Of a stretch of DNA of 64,000 bases, positions 13,088-25,554 are shown in pieces. The position numbers were made by a program, and so were the translations under genes. Position 1 is the stretch's first letter. Each line of letters begins with the position of its first letter. The notes beneath the pieces were generated by a model. The model was not told where the DNA came from, did no database searches, and saw nothing but the letters and a program-made list of their open reading frames with translations. The DNA is from Octopus sinensis (Eukaryota). Where the stretch lies: the NCBI RefSeq assembly GCF_006345805.1, contig NC_042997.1, positions 106,392,001 through 106,456,000 on the forward strand. Reading direction: 5' to 3'.

Positions 13088-13916
13088 AATTTTTAAAAAA
13101 TCCTATGTTACACCATCAACTTCATTGGTCGAATACGCCTGCCAACAACAAAATTTCCTGTTACATCTAAGCGAATCATTGTAAATTCTGCAACTCTATA
13201 TATGTAAGCCACGCCGATTATGCTGTTAGGAAGCAACTGAAATTTTATTTTGCGACGTACATATCATATTGGCGAGACAAACCGTAAACCTATGCATGGA
13301 GATCAGAAATGGTTTACTCAAATTTAACATATTTCATTAACGTTCGATCGAAACTTGCAATATATCGACCCCAGGACTTATTTGTTCCAGGTTAATGGAA
13401 AACGGCCGTTAGTCAGACATAATTGATTCACGTAAGCTGAAGGCAAAAATGTGATTTATTATTACTCCGCACTAGCCGAGTAAATAATAACCATCTATCT
13501 TTAATTGTGTTATCATTAGGTTTGGAAGCTTGTTTTCATTTATTTCGGTAAATATTAGAATACAAAATGAAACCGAACTATTTATGAAATCGCACAAGAA
13601 TACCTGATAGCATTCGAATATTTAAAATTATTAGACGTATTAAAATTGGGTAATCCATTTGAACATTTACTGACGAGCACTTTCCGCAATTTTTGGTCTC
13701 ATTCACATGGCACACTTTCCTCATAAGGAAAATATACTAAATATACATTCGTAATATTATGTCTAATTAACTTTGATTGAATATTTTATCTCACTTATAG
13801 CAAGCAGTTACGTAAGTTGATTTAACTTTCAGCAAAATTTTTAGTCTTTCACATACTATAACTACCAATCAGGTCGAGATTTCATTATTTTGAATAATTC
13901 TTTTGACGTTTAACCT

Positions 13917-14777
13917 GTGATTTTTGAATATCGAAAATAACGCAATAGGAATTTCAGGTCAAGTTGCCGAAGAAGGTTTCAGCAAAGCTTTTCTAAATTT
14001 AACCAGCCTCGAAGAATTACATCTTTCAAATAACCACATTCAATATTTATCAAACAACAGTTTGTTACAGCTGAAAAATCTCAGAATCTTAAATTTACGC
14101 AACAATTTATTGGAATCTTTTGATGTAAAGATTAGTCATATGTTAAATTTATCATATTTAGATTTATCTAAAAACATTTTACAGGAACTGTCGGAAAACA
14201 CTTTTAATGCTATTGAAAAGATATCTGAACACCATAAATTCACTGTCAACATCCAAAACAATAATTTGAAATGTGGTTGTGCACAAATAAGATTTCTCAC
14301 TTGGCTGCACAAAGTACGGAATTCAGGTCGTTTGAAAATAATGTACTCGAAATGTACTCATCCTAACGGAACAGTGTGGAAGTTGAAAGGAAATCAGCTT
14401 GTTAGGATCACACTTGTTCAGCCTTGATAATAATTGATAATAATTGCGATAAGTTTTGGTGTTGTAATACTGATTATATTTCTAGTTGCCTCACTCATTT
14501 ACCATTTTAGATGGAAGCTACGATATTTATATTACATGATCAGAGAAAAGTATTCCTACAAACGACTCACTCCCGATGAATATATTTACGATGCATTTGT
14601 GATTTATGCCGACGAGAATCGAGATTTTGCATTAAATTATTTGATTCCAGAATTGGAAGAAAACGAAAACTTACGTTTGAATATTCATCATCGGGACTTC
14701 CCTGTTGGAAAATTGATAACAGAAAATATATTATCAGCAATCCAATCTAGTCGAAAATGTATTATTTTATTAAGCAG
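13917..14777 (+). pseudogene. Toll-like receptor copy A, truncated pseudogene (C-like)
   Basis: Nearly identical to copy C 46560-47432 but lacks the start codon and N-terminal LRRs. Has a 16-bp deletion and in-frame TGA TAA TAA at 14425-14433. Keeps donor AG|GTAAGT. No exon 2 found downstream. Confidence 0.93.
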
Positions 14778-15069
14778 GTAAGTAACCCTCCTTAAAATTA
14801 TAGCATCCACATACACACACACACACGGTTTTAAGAATAGCATGAAAGGCCTGATTGAAGGCCCAATCTTCCGAGTTCTTCACAGGGCTTAGAAAGATTG
14901 AAGGATCGCAGCAATAAGTGTGGGAATCTGAGAGGGGAATATGCTAAATAAAATCATAATTAACTCATCCTCTTGTAATTTCTTTTACCCATAGCCAGGA
15001 ACTTTTCAGCAGCCTCTCGTTCAAAGCAATTATTAGCATTATTTGTATTATTGGTTACTAACGGATATC

Positions 15070-15289
15070 TATTTCTTTACTGCCCACAAGGGGCTAAACA
15101 CAGAGGGGACAAACAAGGACAGACAAAGGGATTAAGTCGATTAAATCGACCCCAGTGCGTAACTGGTACTTAATTTATCGACCCCGAAAGGATGAAAGGC
15201 AAAGTCGACCTCGGCGGAATTTGAACTCAGAACGTAACGGCAGACGAAATACGGCTACGCATTTCGCCCGGCGTGCTAACGTTTCTGCT
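15070..15289 (-). mobile_element. Second SINE family with 8-bp TSD (related copy at 28385-28545)
   Basis: TSD CGGATATC at 15062-15069 and 15290-15297; core cgaccccgaaaggatgaaaggcaaagtcgacctcggcggaatttgaactc. Absent from the copy C intron. Confidence 0.8.
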
Positions 15290-15689
15290 CGGATATCGTC
15301 ACATTTAACACACATGTTGAGTACTAACTATAAAATATAGTTATTTTATATTTTGTATTTCTTTCTTTGGCATAATTTGTTTTACATAAAACAAAAGAAT
15401 TTAATGCATGGTTTAACTAACTCGGTAATAATTAGAAGCATTAACATCACTTAACATTTCCGTGGGTCCGTGTTTAAAAAAAGTTTTGGATCAAGAAGGA
15501 TATGTAGAGGGATTCAAATTTGTAAAAGAGTAGCAGTTGTGTAAGGGTGAGTGTGAGTTACGAAAATGTCTGCTACGTCAAACTGTACTATCTACCCCAT
15601 GTTCAATATACTCTACAACATGATCCATTCTATGCATGTATGTATATATAATATATACATATGTGTGCTTACATGTATGTAAGTATGTA

Positions 15690-16300
15690 TTCAGTTTTAT
15701 TTCAAGAATTCTTGCCAATAGAGAAAGAACCGGTTTCTAATCTAGATCAAAGTCTCCTTCATTGGAATTTCAACAACATCAATAGGGTATTTTTGTTTGT
15801 ATGTATGTATGTATGTATGTATGTATGTATGTATGTATGTATGTATGTATGCATGTATATGTGCAGATTCATATGTTTTGTTTTATGTATGTATGGAAAT
15901 TTTAACAAATTTTTACAGTTCTAGTGATGGCCTGGATCCGTAGTCTTCGAATCAGCTTTCTACTTTCTGTGCCTAACTGGGTAGATACTTGTTGAATAAT
16001 GATGGTGATATTAATATGCTGTGAGATGTTATTGAAATAAAACTGAATAATGTTTAGAAGCCTAATTCCACAAGGCTGGTATTTAGGCAATGTGTTATAT
16101 ATCCCAGTGTTCCAATAATTACACGTGTGAACCTGAACTTGTAATCTGGGAAGAGTAACTGTAGGTTTCTCAATAGTTCAGCTTAGGTATTCTCTTTTTC
16201 TCTCATCTTTAGCTTTATGTTAACATCCGCTGGGCAGCAGATTTCGATAACTGTACACAGTTTCTCTTCTCTGTCCCAAATCATTATATCTTGTCTATTG
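15690..16300 (-). mobile_element. RLE LINE 3' fragments interleaved with (TATG)n (related pieces at 23945-24088 and 48150-48595)
   Basis: HNRQDIMIWDREEKLCTVIEICCPADVNIKLK. 3' UTR matches 62620-62730. Confidence 0.7.
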
Positions 16301-16322
16301 TGTGTATGTATGTATGTATGTA

Positions 16323-16358
<36 letters not shown>

Positions 16359-17491
16359 TGCATGTATATATGTATGTATGTATGTATGTATATATGTATG
16401 TATGTATGCATGTATGCATGTATGCATGCATGCATGCATGCATGTATGTTAATGTTAAGAAATTCTTTAGGCAATAAACTACGATATCCAACAACTAACA
16501 TTATGTTCACTAATTTAATTATTCTTGGTTTCAGATTTTAAAAAAAAACTTATACAAGTATTAAACTATTAGGGACATCTAACTTGGGTAGAATAGTTTT
16601 CTTTGACGCTTCTAGGGGAAAAGGATAATCTAGTTGATCAACATAATTTTGGCAAAAAGTTCGTTCACTCAAGTAGAATACTATTGCATTGGTGTCATTT
16701 GAAATTCCATAGGATATTCACTCTCGTATTATGCTACAATACAACATTGCACACAATCCTGTATCAAATATTGCCAAAATATCTGGACAGCTAAATATTC
16801 TTAAGCTGTAATTATGAGATAAAACTTGCATTTGAGCCTCTCAGTTGCTCATTAAAAGGTCTCCAAAATACCACCAATATCATGGGTGTATTCAGAATTT
16901 TGTTGTCTCGATGTTTCCGGAAAACTCTACCAGTCATCATAAAAGCAATACTTGACTGATAAACTGAAAGCTTGCTTGAAAGAAGGCTAATTTTGAAGAC
17001 CAGAGAAGAAACTTCTATCTTTCTACTAACATGAAAATTGCAATTAAAAGACTGTTTCCTCAACAAAATTTATATTTACAAAACTGTTTCTTGAGCGGCT
17101 GTTAATGATCACCTACCAGTTTCAATGAGATTGGAAGTGTCAAAATACAAAAATATGTCGAAATATTATTATATCTATTGAACTTTTATCCCAGACTCTT
17201 GCAGAAGGGCAGAGGCAATAAGTGACTGTGCGAACGTGACATCCTAGCCATGAAAATAACTTTTCACAGCATATTAATATCACCATTATTCAACAAGTAT
17301 CTACCCAGTTCAGCACAATCAGCCAATTATCTGACAGTTTCTCAATTCTTTACAGCATATCTGCGACTCTCTTCACAATCTGCAGCTGAAAGTAGGAACA
17401 CCTAACTATGTTACTACGGAACTTAAAGCACCCTAATGGTTCTTTTCTCTGCTTTTCTAAGACGACTAATATTTCTTGTGAACATATAAAG

Positions 17492-17906
17492 TAGGGGTCA
17501 CCAAACTTTACCGACCATCGACCCATTTAACCACTTCTCTTTCCGTATCGACCCACTTCAGCCATTTTTCCTTTCACATCGACCCCCTTTAGTCATTTTT
17601 CCTTCTGCATCAACCTCCTTTAGCCACATCCCCTTCCACATCGCCCACCCTCCTCATTCAAAATATCTTAATACCCTATCCTACCGTACCTTATCTTAAA
17701 TGCGCGATGGATACTGATGCTGGCAATTAAAATGTCAGCTAAAATATACATGTAATAGGCGCAGGAGTGGCTATGTGGTAAGTACCCACATGGTCATGGG
17801 TTCAGTCCCACTGCGTGGCATCTTGGGCAAGTGTCTTCTATTATAGCCTCGGGCCCACCAAAGCCTTCTCAGTGGATTTGCTAGACGGAAACTGGAAGCA
17901 GCCCGT

Positions 17907-17939
<33 letters not shown>

Positions 17940-18414
17940 TGTGTGTGTGTGCGTGTGTATCATTGTGCGTCTGTGTTTGTCCCTCCAACATCGCTTGACA
18001 ACCGATGCTGGTGTGTTTATGTCCCCCGTAACTTAGCGGTTCGAGAAAAAGGCCCGATAGAATAAGTACTAGGTTTACAAAGAATAAGTCCTGGGGTCGA
18101 TTTGCTCGACTAAGGGCGGTGCTCCAGCATGGCCGCAGTCAAACGACTGAAACAAGTAAAAGAATAAAAGAATGAATTAAGAAATTCTTTTGAAGATGAC
18201 ACTTTTTACATTTAAAACTACGTGTACATGTACACAGTATTAGAAAATGTGAAAAACGCATCATATTTTACCACGTTTCATGGCGCTGACTAAGTATGTC
18301 AAGTAGTTCATCTGGGTGTGCTAGTTTTCGCACGCCGACACCCATTCAACCCTTTGCCTATCAACGACACACCATGTAATTCCTCGCCGGTCCCTAGGCC
18401 TCTGGCAACCCTTG
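17492..18414. mobile_element. hAT-type MITE with 8-bp TSD, internal about 30-bp tandem repeats and an inserted SINE
   Basis: TSD ATATAAAG at 17484-17491 and 18415-18422; ends taggggtcaccaaa / tctggcaacccttg; repeated atcgaccc.. units at 17517-17650. Confidence 0.75.
17758..18175 (+). mobile_element. tRNA-derived SINE, same family
   Basis: ggcgcaggagtggctatgtggtaag...actgaaacaagtaaaagaataaaagaa. Confidence 0.85.
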
Positions 18415-18675
18415 ATATAAAGCAATCGGTTCCCTTGTTTACCTGTCCCTGGTCGATTTATATATTGACCACATGCAGCGGCAACAACTTATATATACGT
18501 ATAAATGATATATATATGGTGGGTGGAAGCCGATTTATATATATATATTTTTATATAGTGTCTATTCCATCTCAATCACATATTTTTTAATTCTTTTTTT
18601 TTTAATTAAACAGTTTGAAACTTCGGATACTGGTAGAATTCCTCACATAGAAGACGGTTTACTCTGAACGTTTTT

Positions 18676-19478
18676 CACAAAATTTCGTATTTTAGAAGTT
18701 ATTTCGTGTTAAAGTTGTCGTATTTGGGTAATTTTAATCAATCAACGAATTTTAATCAATCAACTAAACTGCTGTTTACGATAGTAATCGAAGAGGAACA
18801 ACGTCCGGTTCACCTCTACTAAATGTCACCTCTCCGTTCGAAGAATCAACATCAAGAAGGAAGAAATGTTATTTACATATATCTATTCGTTGCCCAACAT
18901 CGGTATTTTATTCACACATAAAGCGCGCCGGTGTTTAAAAGCCCTATACAGCAACGAGTCCGCAGCTAGCTTTTTTGTTGTTGACATACCTGTAGTTTCA
19001 AAATGCCTTATTTTACAACTGAGATGTATTGTTATTGTTATGATTTTATCTTACTATAATCAACAACAAACACATTTCGTCAATATAAAAGTCTTTATTT
19101 GATAAAAAATAAAATCAATGCATGAAGGTAAAACAAAACAAATAGCGGTTTATACACTGGAAAATACGGTAATTGTAGTGGAAGTGACAAGTTCACTCGC
19201 TGGTTGCAAGTTGATAGTGTAGAAGGGAGGGAAAGAGTAAGGAATACACGATGCTGACTAGAACGGAAGAAAGGATAAAGGAAGCATCATCTTCGCGTGC
19301 CATACAAATAGAACAGAGTGGTGACATTTAGTAGAGATGACCCGGAAGTTGTTCCTCATCGATTATTATCGCAAACAGCAGTAGCTTTCTTCAACCGAAT
19401 ACACGTCGTTGATTGGTTGAAATTACCCAAATACGACAACTTTAACACGAAATAACTTATAAAATACAAAATTTTGTC
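18676..19478. mobile_element. MITE-like element with about 165-bp inverted arms
   Basis: About 18676-18840 is the reverse complement of about 19310-19478. Confidence 0.75.
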
Positions 19479-20584
19479 AAAAGCGTCGAAACGTTTAAGA
19501 CTTTTTCAATTCCCGAGCGTTAAACTAATACACCACCTGTGTTCGTCTTTTGTTGTTTTTTCGTGAATTCTCCCCGTATATTACAAGCTCACGTAGTCGC
19601 ACCAGTTGATCCCGTCTCCTTTCATTACCCAACGAACTTTTACACCTTTTACACTGGACTATTCTACTTGAATTCTCTACTTGGACTTTCTACTCTCCTA
19701 CACTTCAGCTGCACCTTTCCTGTCCCTGGATTACGCTGGACTCCTCTCTTGATGAGAAATTACTCCAATACACCATGACGTTAGAATCTTTTGAGCTTTT
19801 CTTAACTTTTTTGTACTCTCTAAACTTTTTTTGTACTTTCTCCTTTTTCCTATTGTCGTTTCTTCCTACTCTGGTTGTTCTTACACTGTTTTCTCTAATC
19901 CGCACCTATTACCTTGCCTCTCGCTCCCTCCCTTTCGTCTTCTTTTCTTCCCTTCTTCCCCCTTTTCTCTCTGTTTCTTCTTTCTTCGTCCTTTCTTTCC
20001 TTGTTTTTATTTTCTTCTCCCACCTCTCATATATATATATATATGTATATATTTTTCTCCTCACACCTTTTGCTTTTTTGTCCCCATACCTTTTGAATTT
20101 TCCATCCCCACGTCTTTATTTACCTTCTCTCTCTTCCTCTTTCCCCCCTTTTTTCTCCTTTCTTACTCTTTTCTTCTCGTTTTACAATCATGCCCGATTA
20201 CAAACCTTTCCTCCTCCACATATATATGAGACGTCCTCATGAGATTTAACATGCATATAGTCTACCAATTACATTTGGGGTTATATTCAAAAGACTTCGT
20301 TTTGGCGCGATAAAATACCGGAAATAATTTTGCAGAAAATAATTCTCTGCAGTGAATTTTGCCGGTTATAGAACATGATTATTTAAATTTAAATAATAAG
20401 AGTGAAAAATTGAATATTAATTTGATTAATATCAATTTAAAACCAGTGGCCTACCATATTGAAAAATCTGAAGATTTAGAAAAATTATATTACATACATA
20501 TAAGAGGGATGACCACTAAGTGGACATCCATTATGCTAGAGGTAGACCTTATATGATCTGACCACTAAGAAAAGATTGTTCTCA

Positions 20585-20873
20585 AAAATATTCAGCAAAC
20601 GCAAGAATGTAAGCGAGCAAGACAAATGAAAAGATACAAAATGTAAAGATTAATCACAAACCCGGTTTCATTGTTACCACTTACGTAAATGTTCATAGTT
20701 CTTCAAATTACATTTTGCTATGACGATCACACTGATGAACTGCGGACATTTACGTAAGTATTACGTAAGTGGTAACAATGAAACTGGGTTTGTGGTTAAT
20801 CTTTATATTTTGTATCTTTTCATTTGTCTTGCTCGCTTACGCTCTGGCATTTGCTGAATTTTCTTCACATCCC
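20585..20873. repeat. Fold-back element with about 110-bp inverted arms containing a hammerhead motif
   Basis: ttcagcaaacgc...cccggtttcattgttaccacttacgtaa pairs with ttacgtaagtggtaacaatgaaactggg...ttgctgaa. Followed by (TA)n. Confidence 0.8.
20726..20796 (+). ncRNA. Type I hammerhead ribozyme motif, imperfect stem II
   Basis: Stem I atcaca/tgtggt; CTGATGA at 20732-20738; long imperfect stem II; GAAAC at 20780-20784; tgg loop; GTT triplet. Confidence 0.6.
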
Positions 20874-20934
20874 ATTCCCATATATGCATGTGTATATACA
20901 TATATATGTAGGTATGTACATATATGTATGTATG

Positions 20935-21006
<72 letters not shown>

Positions 21007-21239
21007 TTGCCTACTCCTACACCATAAAACCACCATGGCATCTGATGTGGCTTTTTAAACTAGAAATGTTCTGAAAAGACACCCGCATAGATTGCGTATC
21101 CGATTTGGACCATCACGAGCTGCATTTACGTTCTGATTTTTGTGGATCTCATAATGTCTTTTGAGACCTCCGTTAGATTTGCAAACCTTCTGGCATACAT
21201 TGCATTCAGATGTGTGCACAGGCATTTAGGCAGAAATGT

Positions 21240-22400
21240 TCGTCGAGGTTCGTTATCCATGGGTTCGCTAATGAGATCTGAGCCCAGCAAAAGAAAGGCA
21301 CGGTTAGTCAAAAACTGTGAACACAAAAAGATTATTGTCATTCACCTTCTCGATCTTAACATTCTTCCTTAAATCTCTTTTGAGTCTTGCATGCGTTATC
21401 CTGGCCTCTTCAAACGCTTTCACTCCACTCCACTCTTTTGTTCGCCATCCAGCTCGATTCGAAGCAAAGGTTTCTATGTCCTCTGGATCCATTACAAGTG
21501 ACTTTATAATAGTCCTTATGCCGTCCTGAAACCTTTTTTTAAGTTTACACCGATGGCGTTTCCCCTCAGGCAAGCTCACCATAAAACAGCTGTTTGAGCA
21601 TGTGTTCAACCGCCATTCGAACAATATGGCCACATCATCTCATTTGGTTTCTCAAAATCATTTCTTTAATTGAAGTGATGCCTGCAGATGAAAGGACATC
21701 TGTATTAGGAGTAAAAGAACTCCATTTAATGTTTAAAATGCGCTGAAGGCATTTTTGGTTGAATTGTTCTAACAATTTAAAATGTCTTTCATAACATTCC
21801 ATGTTTTACAAGAATGCAAGGATGGTAAGACAAATGATTTGTAAAGAGCTGTTATTTATATGTCGCTGGCGCCAAACACATGATTCCAAGTCACCAAATG
21901 CTTTTAGTGCCTCTTGAATTCGCATATATATTTCTGTATCAAGATTTCCATAATTTTGTACAGAGCTTCCAAGGTAGATGAACGAATCAACAACCTCAAA
22001 TAACTTACCTCTAACAAAAATCTTAGGGAGCGGGTTACAAACAGCACCACACGCAGGTTGATGCATTACAAATTTTTTTTTCATGTTGATGGTCAAGCCA
22101 AAATCATCACAGGCCGAGTCAAATGCTGATACAAGAGATTGCAGGCTTATTTCAGAATGACTGACAAGATCGCAATCGTCAGCGTATAAAAGTTCCCTAA
22201 TGAATGCAATAAAAACCTTCGTTTTAAATTTCAGTTTGGTCAGATTAAAAACATACCCTGTTCTTCGATATTTTATGTAAATACTCTTCTCAGAGTTTTG
22301 GAAAGCATGTGACAACACAACAGCAAAGTATATTGCAAAGAGGGTGGGTGCATCAAGGTCAGTCACTACCACCAAAATTAACTCTAGCTTTCATATCTTT
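21240..22400 (-). mobile_element. RTE-clade LINE 3' fragment
   Basis: APTLFAIYF, RELLYADDCDL, FGLTIN..K, FIYLGS; C-terminal GKRHRCKLKKRFQD. Confidence 0.85.
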
Positions 22401-22483
22401 CAGTTTCCGTCTACAAAATCCACTCACAAGGCTTTGGTCAACCCGAGGCTATAGTTGAAGATACTTGCATAAGGTACCCCATA

Positions 22484-23940
22484 CAATGAGTCCTACATTA
22501 TTAGACAAATCAACCTTCTCTCAATAAATGCATATTCGTTCAAAATCAGTTGTTTTCCCACTGACTACGCACATTCTGTTAAAATAAATCAGATCAGCGC
22601 AGACGAAACAAACGGCGGCTATTATCGTGTAGCAGCAACATTTCTGCTGTCCCAAATTATTAGGTACGTGCCCAGTTTAAGTGTCATTGTGCTTCAGAAA
22701 TGTGATCTTACCTCGAATGAGAAATCTACCATCGCGTCAGAGCTTGAGAAGGGAAAAACAAACATAGAAATAATTAAAAATACTGGAAAGAGATAGATCA
22801 CTGAACACTGAAGAAATTTATGCAGCCTCCTATTTCTGTCCGGTCAAAGGTAGATAAGGTTAAGTCCACGGTTGCTTCGAATCCATGTCTGACAAGTAGA
22901 GAAGTCTTCAAATGTTGTGGAAGGGAAGACATCAAAAACTATCGGGTGTCGCCTCTTGAAGCAGGAAGCCAGGAATGTTAAACCTGTTACAGGGCCCCCT
23001 CTGAAGGTTGTTCATAAGCAGAAGCGACTGAAATGGACAAAAGAATACATGAAGATAGATTTTTCAATAGTTCTGTTCACTGACGAATGCCGTGCTACCC
23101 TTGAAGGACCAGATGGCTGGAGAAAAATTTGGGTTTCAACCAGCAGGAACCGTCCTCATCGTCTGAGACGCCAACAGGGCTGAGTTGGTATCACGTTTTG
23201 GGCTGGCATCTTTGGTAGTATGATGGTTGGGCCATGGAAAGTCCCAGATGGCATTAATATATGTTACCTTCTTAAAGGACAATTTCCAACCGCAGTTCAA
23301 AAAGCAAGATATTTCCCTGTCACATGCAGTGAAAAATTCTAAGGAATATCTGCAGCAAATAGGCTTCTCTTGAGGTCGTTTGATAGAGTGGCCACCGATT
23401 GAGAACCTGTGAAGTGTCCTGAAGAGGCGCGTTTACAAAGATGGACGGCAGTTTTTAAGTAAAGTTGACCTCTGTGATTCTACTGTTGATGCTTCTCAAA
23501 GCATGACAAAAATGGCTATCATCACCTTGACAAATTCAATGGATCAGAGCGCAAGGAAGGCTATTGCATGTGGAGGATCATACATCAAACATTAAGAGCT
23601 GTATGGCATCATAATCCCATGATTATTTTCATTCGAACGTATCATTATATTTACCATTAAGTCATTTATGAATAGTTTTTTTGTTAAACCTTTACTGTTG
23701 AATTAAATAAATGTCTGTTCTGACACAATTGTCATTTTTATTATACTTGCCTAATAATTTGTGATGCCCAGTCACAAAAATGGCCGCCATTCGTTGGCGT
23801 CTGCGCAGATCCAATTTATTTTAATAGAATGTGCGCAGATAGGTGTTGTCAACAGTTAGTGAGAAAACAACTGGTTTTGAACGAATATGCATTTATTTAT
23901 TGATAGAAGATTGATTTGCCTAATAATGTGGGACGCAGTG
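22484..23940 (+). mobile_element. Tc1/mariner element with long TIRs and TA target site
   Basis: TA-caatgagtcctacattatt... and ...taataatgtgggacgcagtg-TA; about 150-bp TIRs; RLKWTKEY..VLFTDECRATLEGPDGW; later IENL motif with stops. Confidence 0.9.
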
Positions 23941-24101
23941 TATGTATGCCTTGGATCTGTAGTCTTCGAATCAGCATTCTCCTTTCAGGTTTAGAGAAAA
24001 CAAATTTCTCAAGATTGGTATTTAGGCAGTGTGTTACATATTTCAATGCGCCAATAATTACATGTATAAGACTGAACTTGTAATCTGGATGTATGTATGT
24101 A

Positions 24102-24132
<31 letters not shown>

Positions 24133-24674
24133 ATGTATGTATGTATGTATATGTGTATGTATGTATGTATGTATGTATGTACGTATGTATATATGTTTGT
24201 ATGTATGTATGTATGTATGTATGTATGTATGTATGTATGTGTGTATGTATGTATGTATGTACGTATGTATATATGTTTGTATGTATGTACGTATGTATGT
24301 ATGTATGTACGTACGTACGTACGTATATCAGCGTCACTGTATCAATCCATCGACCAAACTATTAGATGTTGTAATTCACCGCTAGCCACAATGCGTTTCC
24401 TTACATTCTTGTGTCTTTCGAACGATACCAGCATGCTAGCTAGGCGAGCAGCCCACTGGAGTGTTAACTATCTACAGCTGACTGAAATGCAGCTACGAGA
24501 AATGAAATGTTTTAATTAAGAATAGAGTATATCACCCGTCGGGGAATAGAAACCCTTATGTTACGATCGTGAGTGGAACCCCCTAACCACTAGGCCACGC
24601 TCCTACTCATGTCTATATGTATATTCATATATATAGACAGACAGATAGATAGACAGATAGATAGATAGACAGAC

Positions 24675-24707
<33 letters not shown>

Positions 24708-24708
24708 T

Positions 24709-24754
<46 letters not shown>

Positions 24755-25554
24755 GGATGGATGGATGGATGGATGGATGGATGGATGGATGGATGGATGG
24801 ATGGATGGATGGTGTGTGCAAAAGGTAATGAATTAATAGAAGCTGGAAGTATTTTGCAATTGTGTAAGTCAAATACGACAGCCATTATGGTGAAGGAAAG
24901 ATGTGTACCGAAATCTTAAGAGAGATCTGGTAAATGTTCGAGCTGATAAAATGAGATTTAAAACAGCAGAAATTCAGAATATTATAATGACGTAATTTTA
25001 CGTAGAAATTCTGACAATTGAATTCTTTGTTCAAAATGAAAGGCTATAACACTTCACTCGCCGTTGATTTCAATCAAATGAGTGTTTTTTAATCATTCTT
25101 ATTATTGCTACAATGAAGTAAATAGATAACTCGGTGAAAGGATACCACGCTACGATTTTAGTTTCCCTACGTTTAATTTCTATCAAGCGGTATTACTAGG
25201 AAATGAGTTTAAACTGAATACATACAAATTGGTAAAATATAATGAAGTGAATAAACTACACTGAACAACTGTATGTATATATACATACCTTAACTCCTTA
25301 AAACACTTGCGTTCGTTAATTTATAATATTTTATATGACATTAAGAATTATATTTTCAATTACAGCTCGCTTAAGATTAGCAACAAATATTTTCCCGCTT
25401 TTTAGTTTTCCCTTATCATTTGTATGTAAAATATATTTCTTTCCGTCTATCATGCGTATATATAATCAGACTTTCAGCTACCATAGATTTCCACAAAAAC
25501 TTGCGAAGCTAAAACTACTTATATTTCTTTCATTATAGGCATGACGATATCTAC

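Noticed and set aside
13560-13725. NF-kB-like and IRF-like sites in the TLR promoter (gggtaatcc, cactttcc, gaaaccgaa)
   Set aside because: The matches are short, imperfect and only partly conserved in copy C, so they cannot be distinguished from chance.
14425-14433. Rescue of TLR A by A-to-I editing of its stop codons
   Set aside because: It would need three consecutive stops recoded, and the copy still lacks the ATG, signal peptide and exon 2.
8120-18175. tRNA-like sequences as tRNA genes
   Set aside because: They are the heads of multi-copy SINEs, with no complete cloverleaf.
19775-20242. Hydrophobic 155-aa ORF resembling a membrane protein
   Set aside because: CT-rich low-complexity sequence gives F/L/S-rich translation in every frame.
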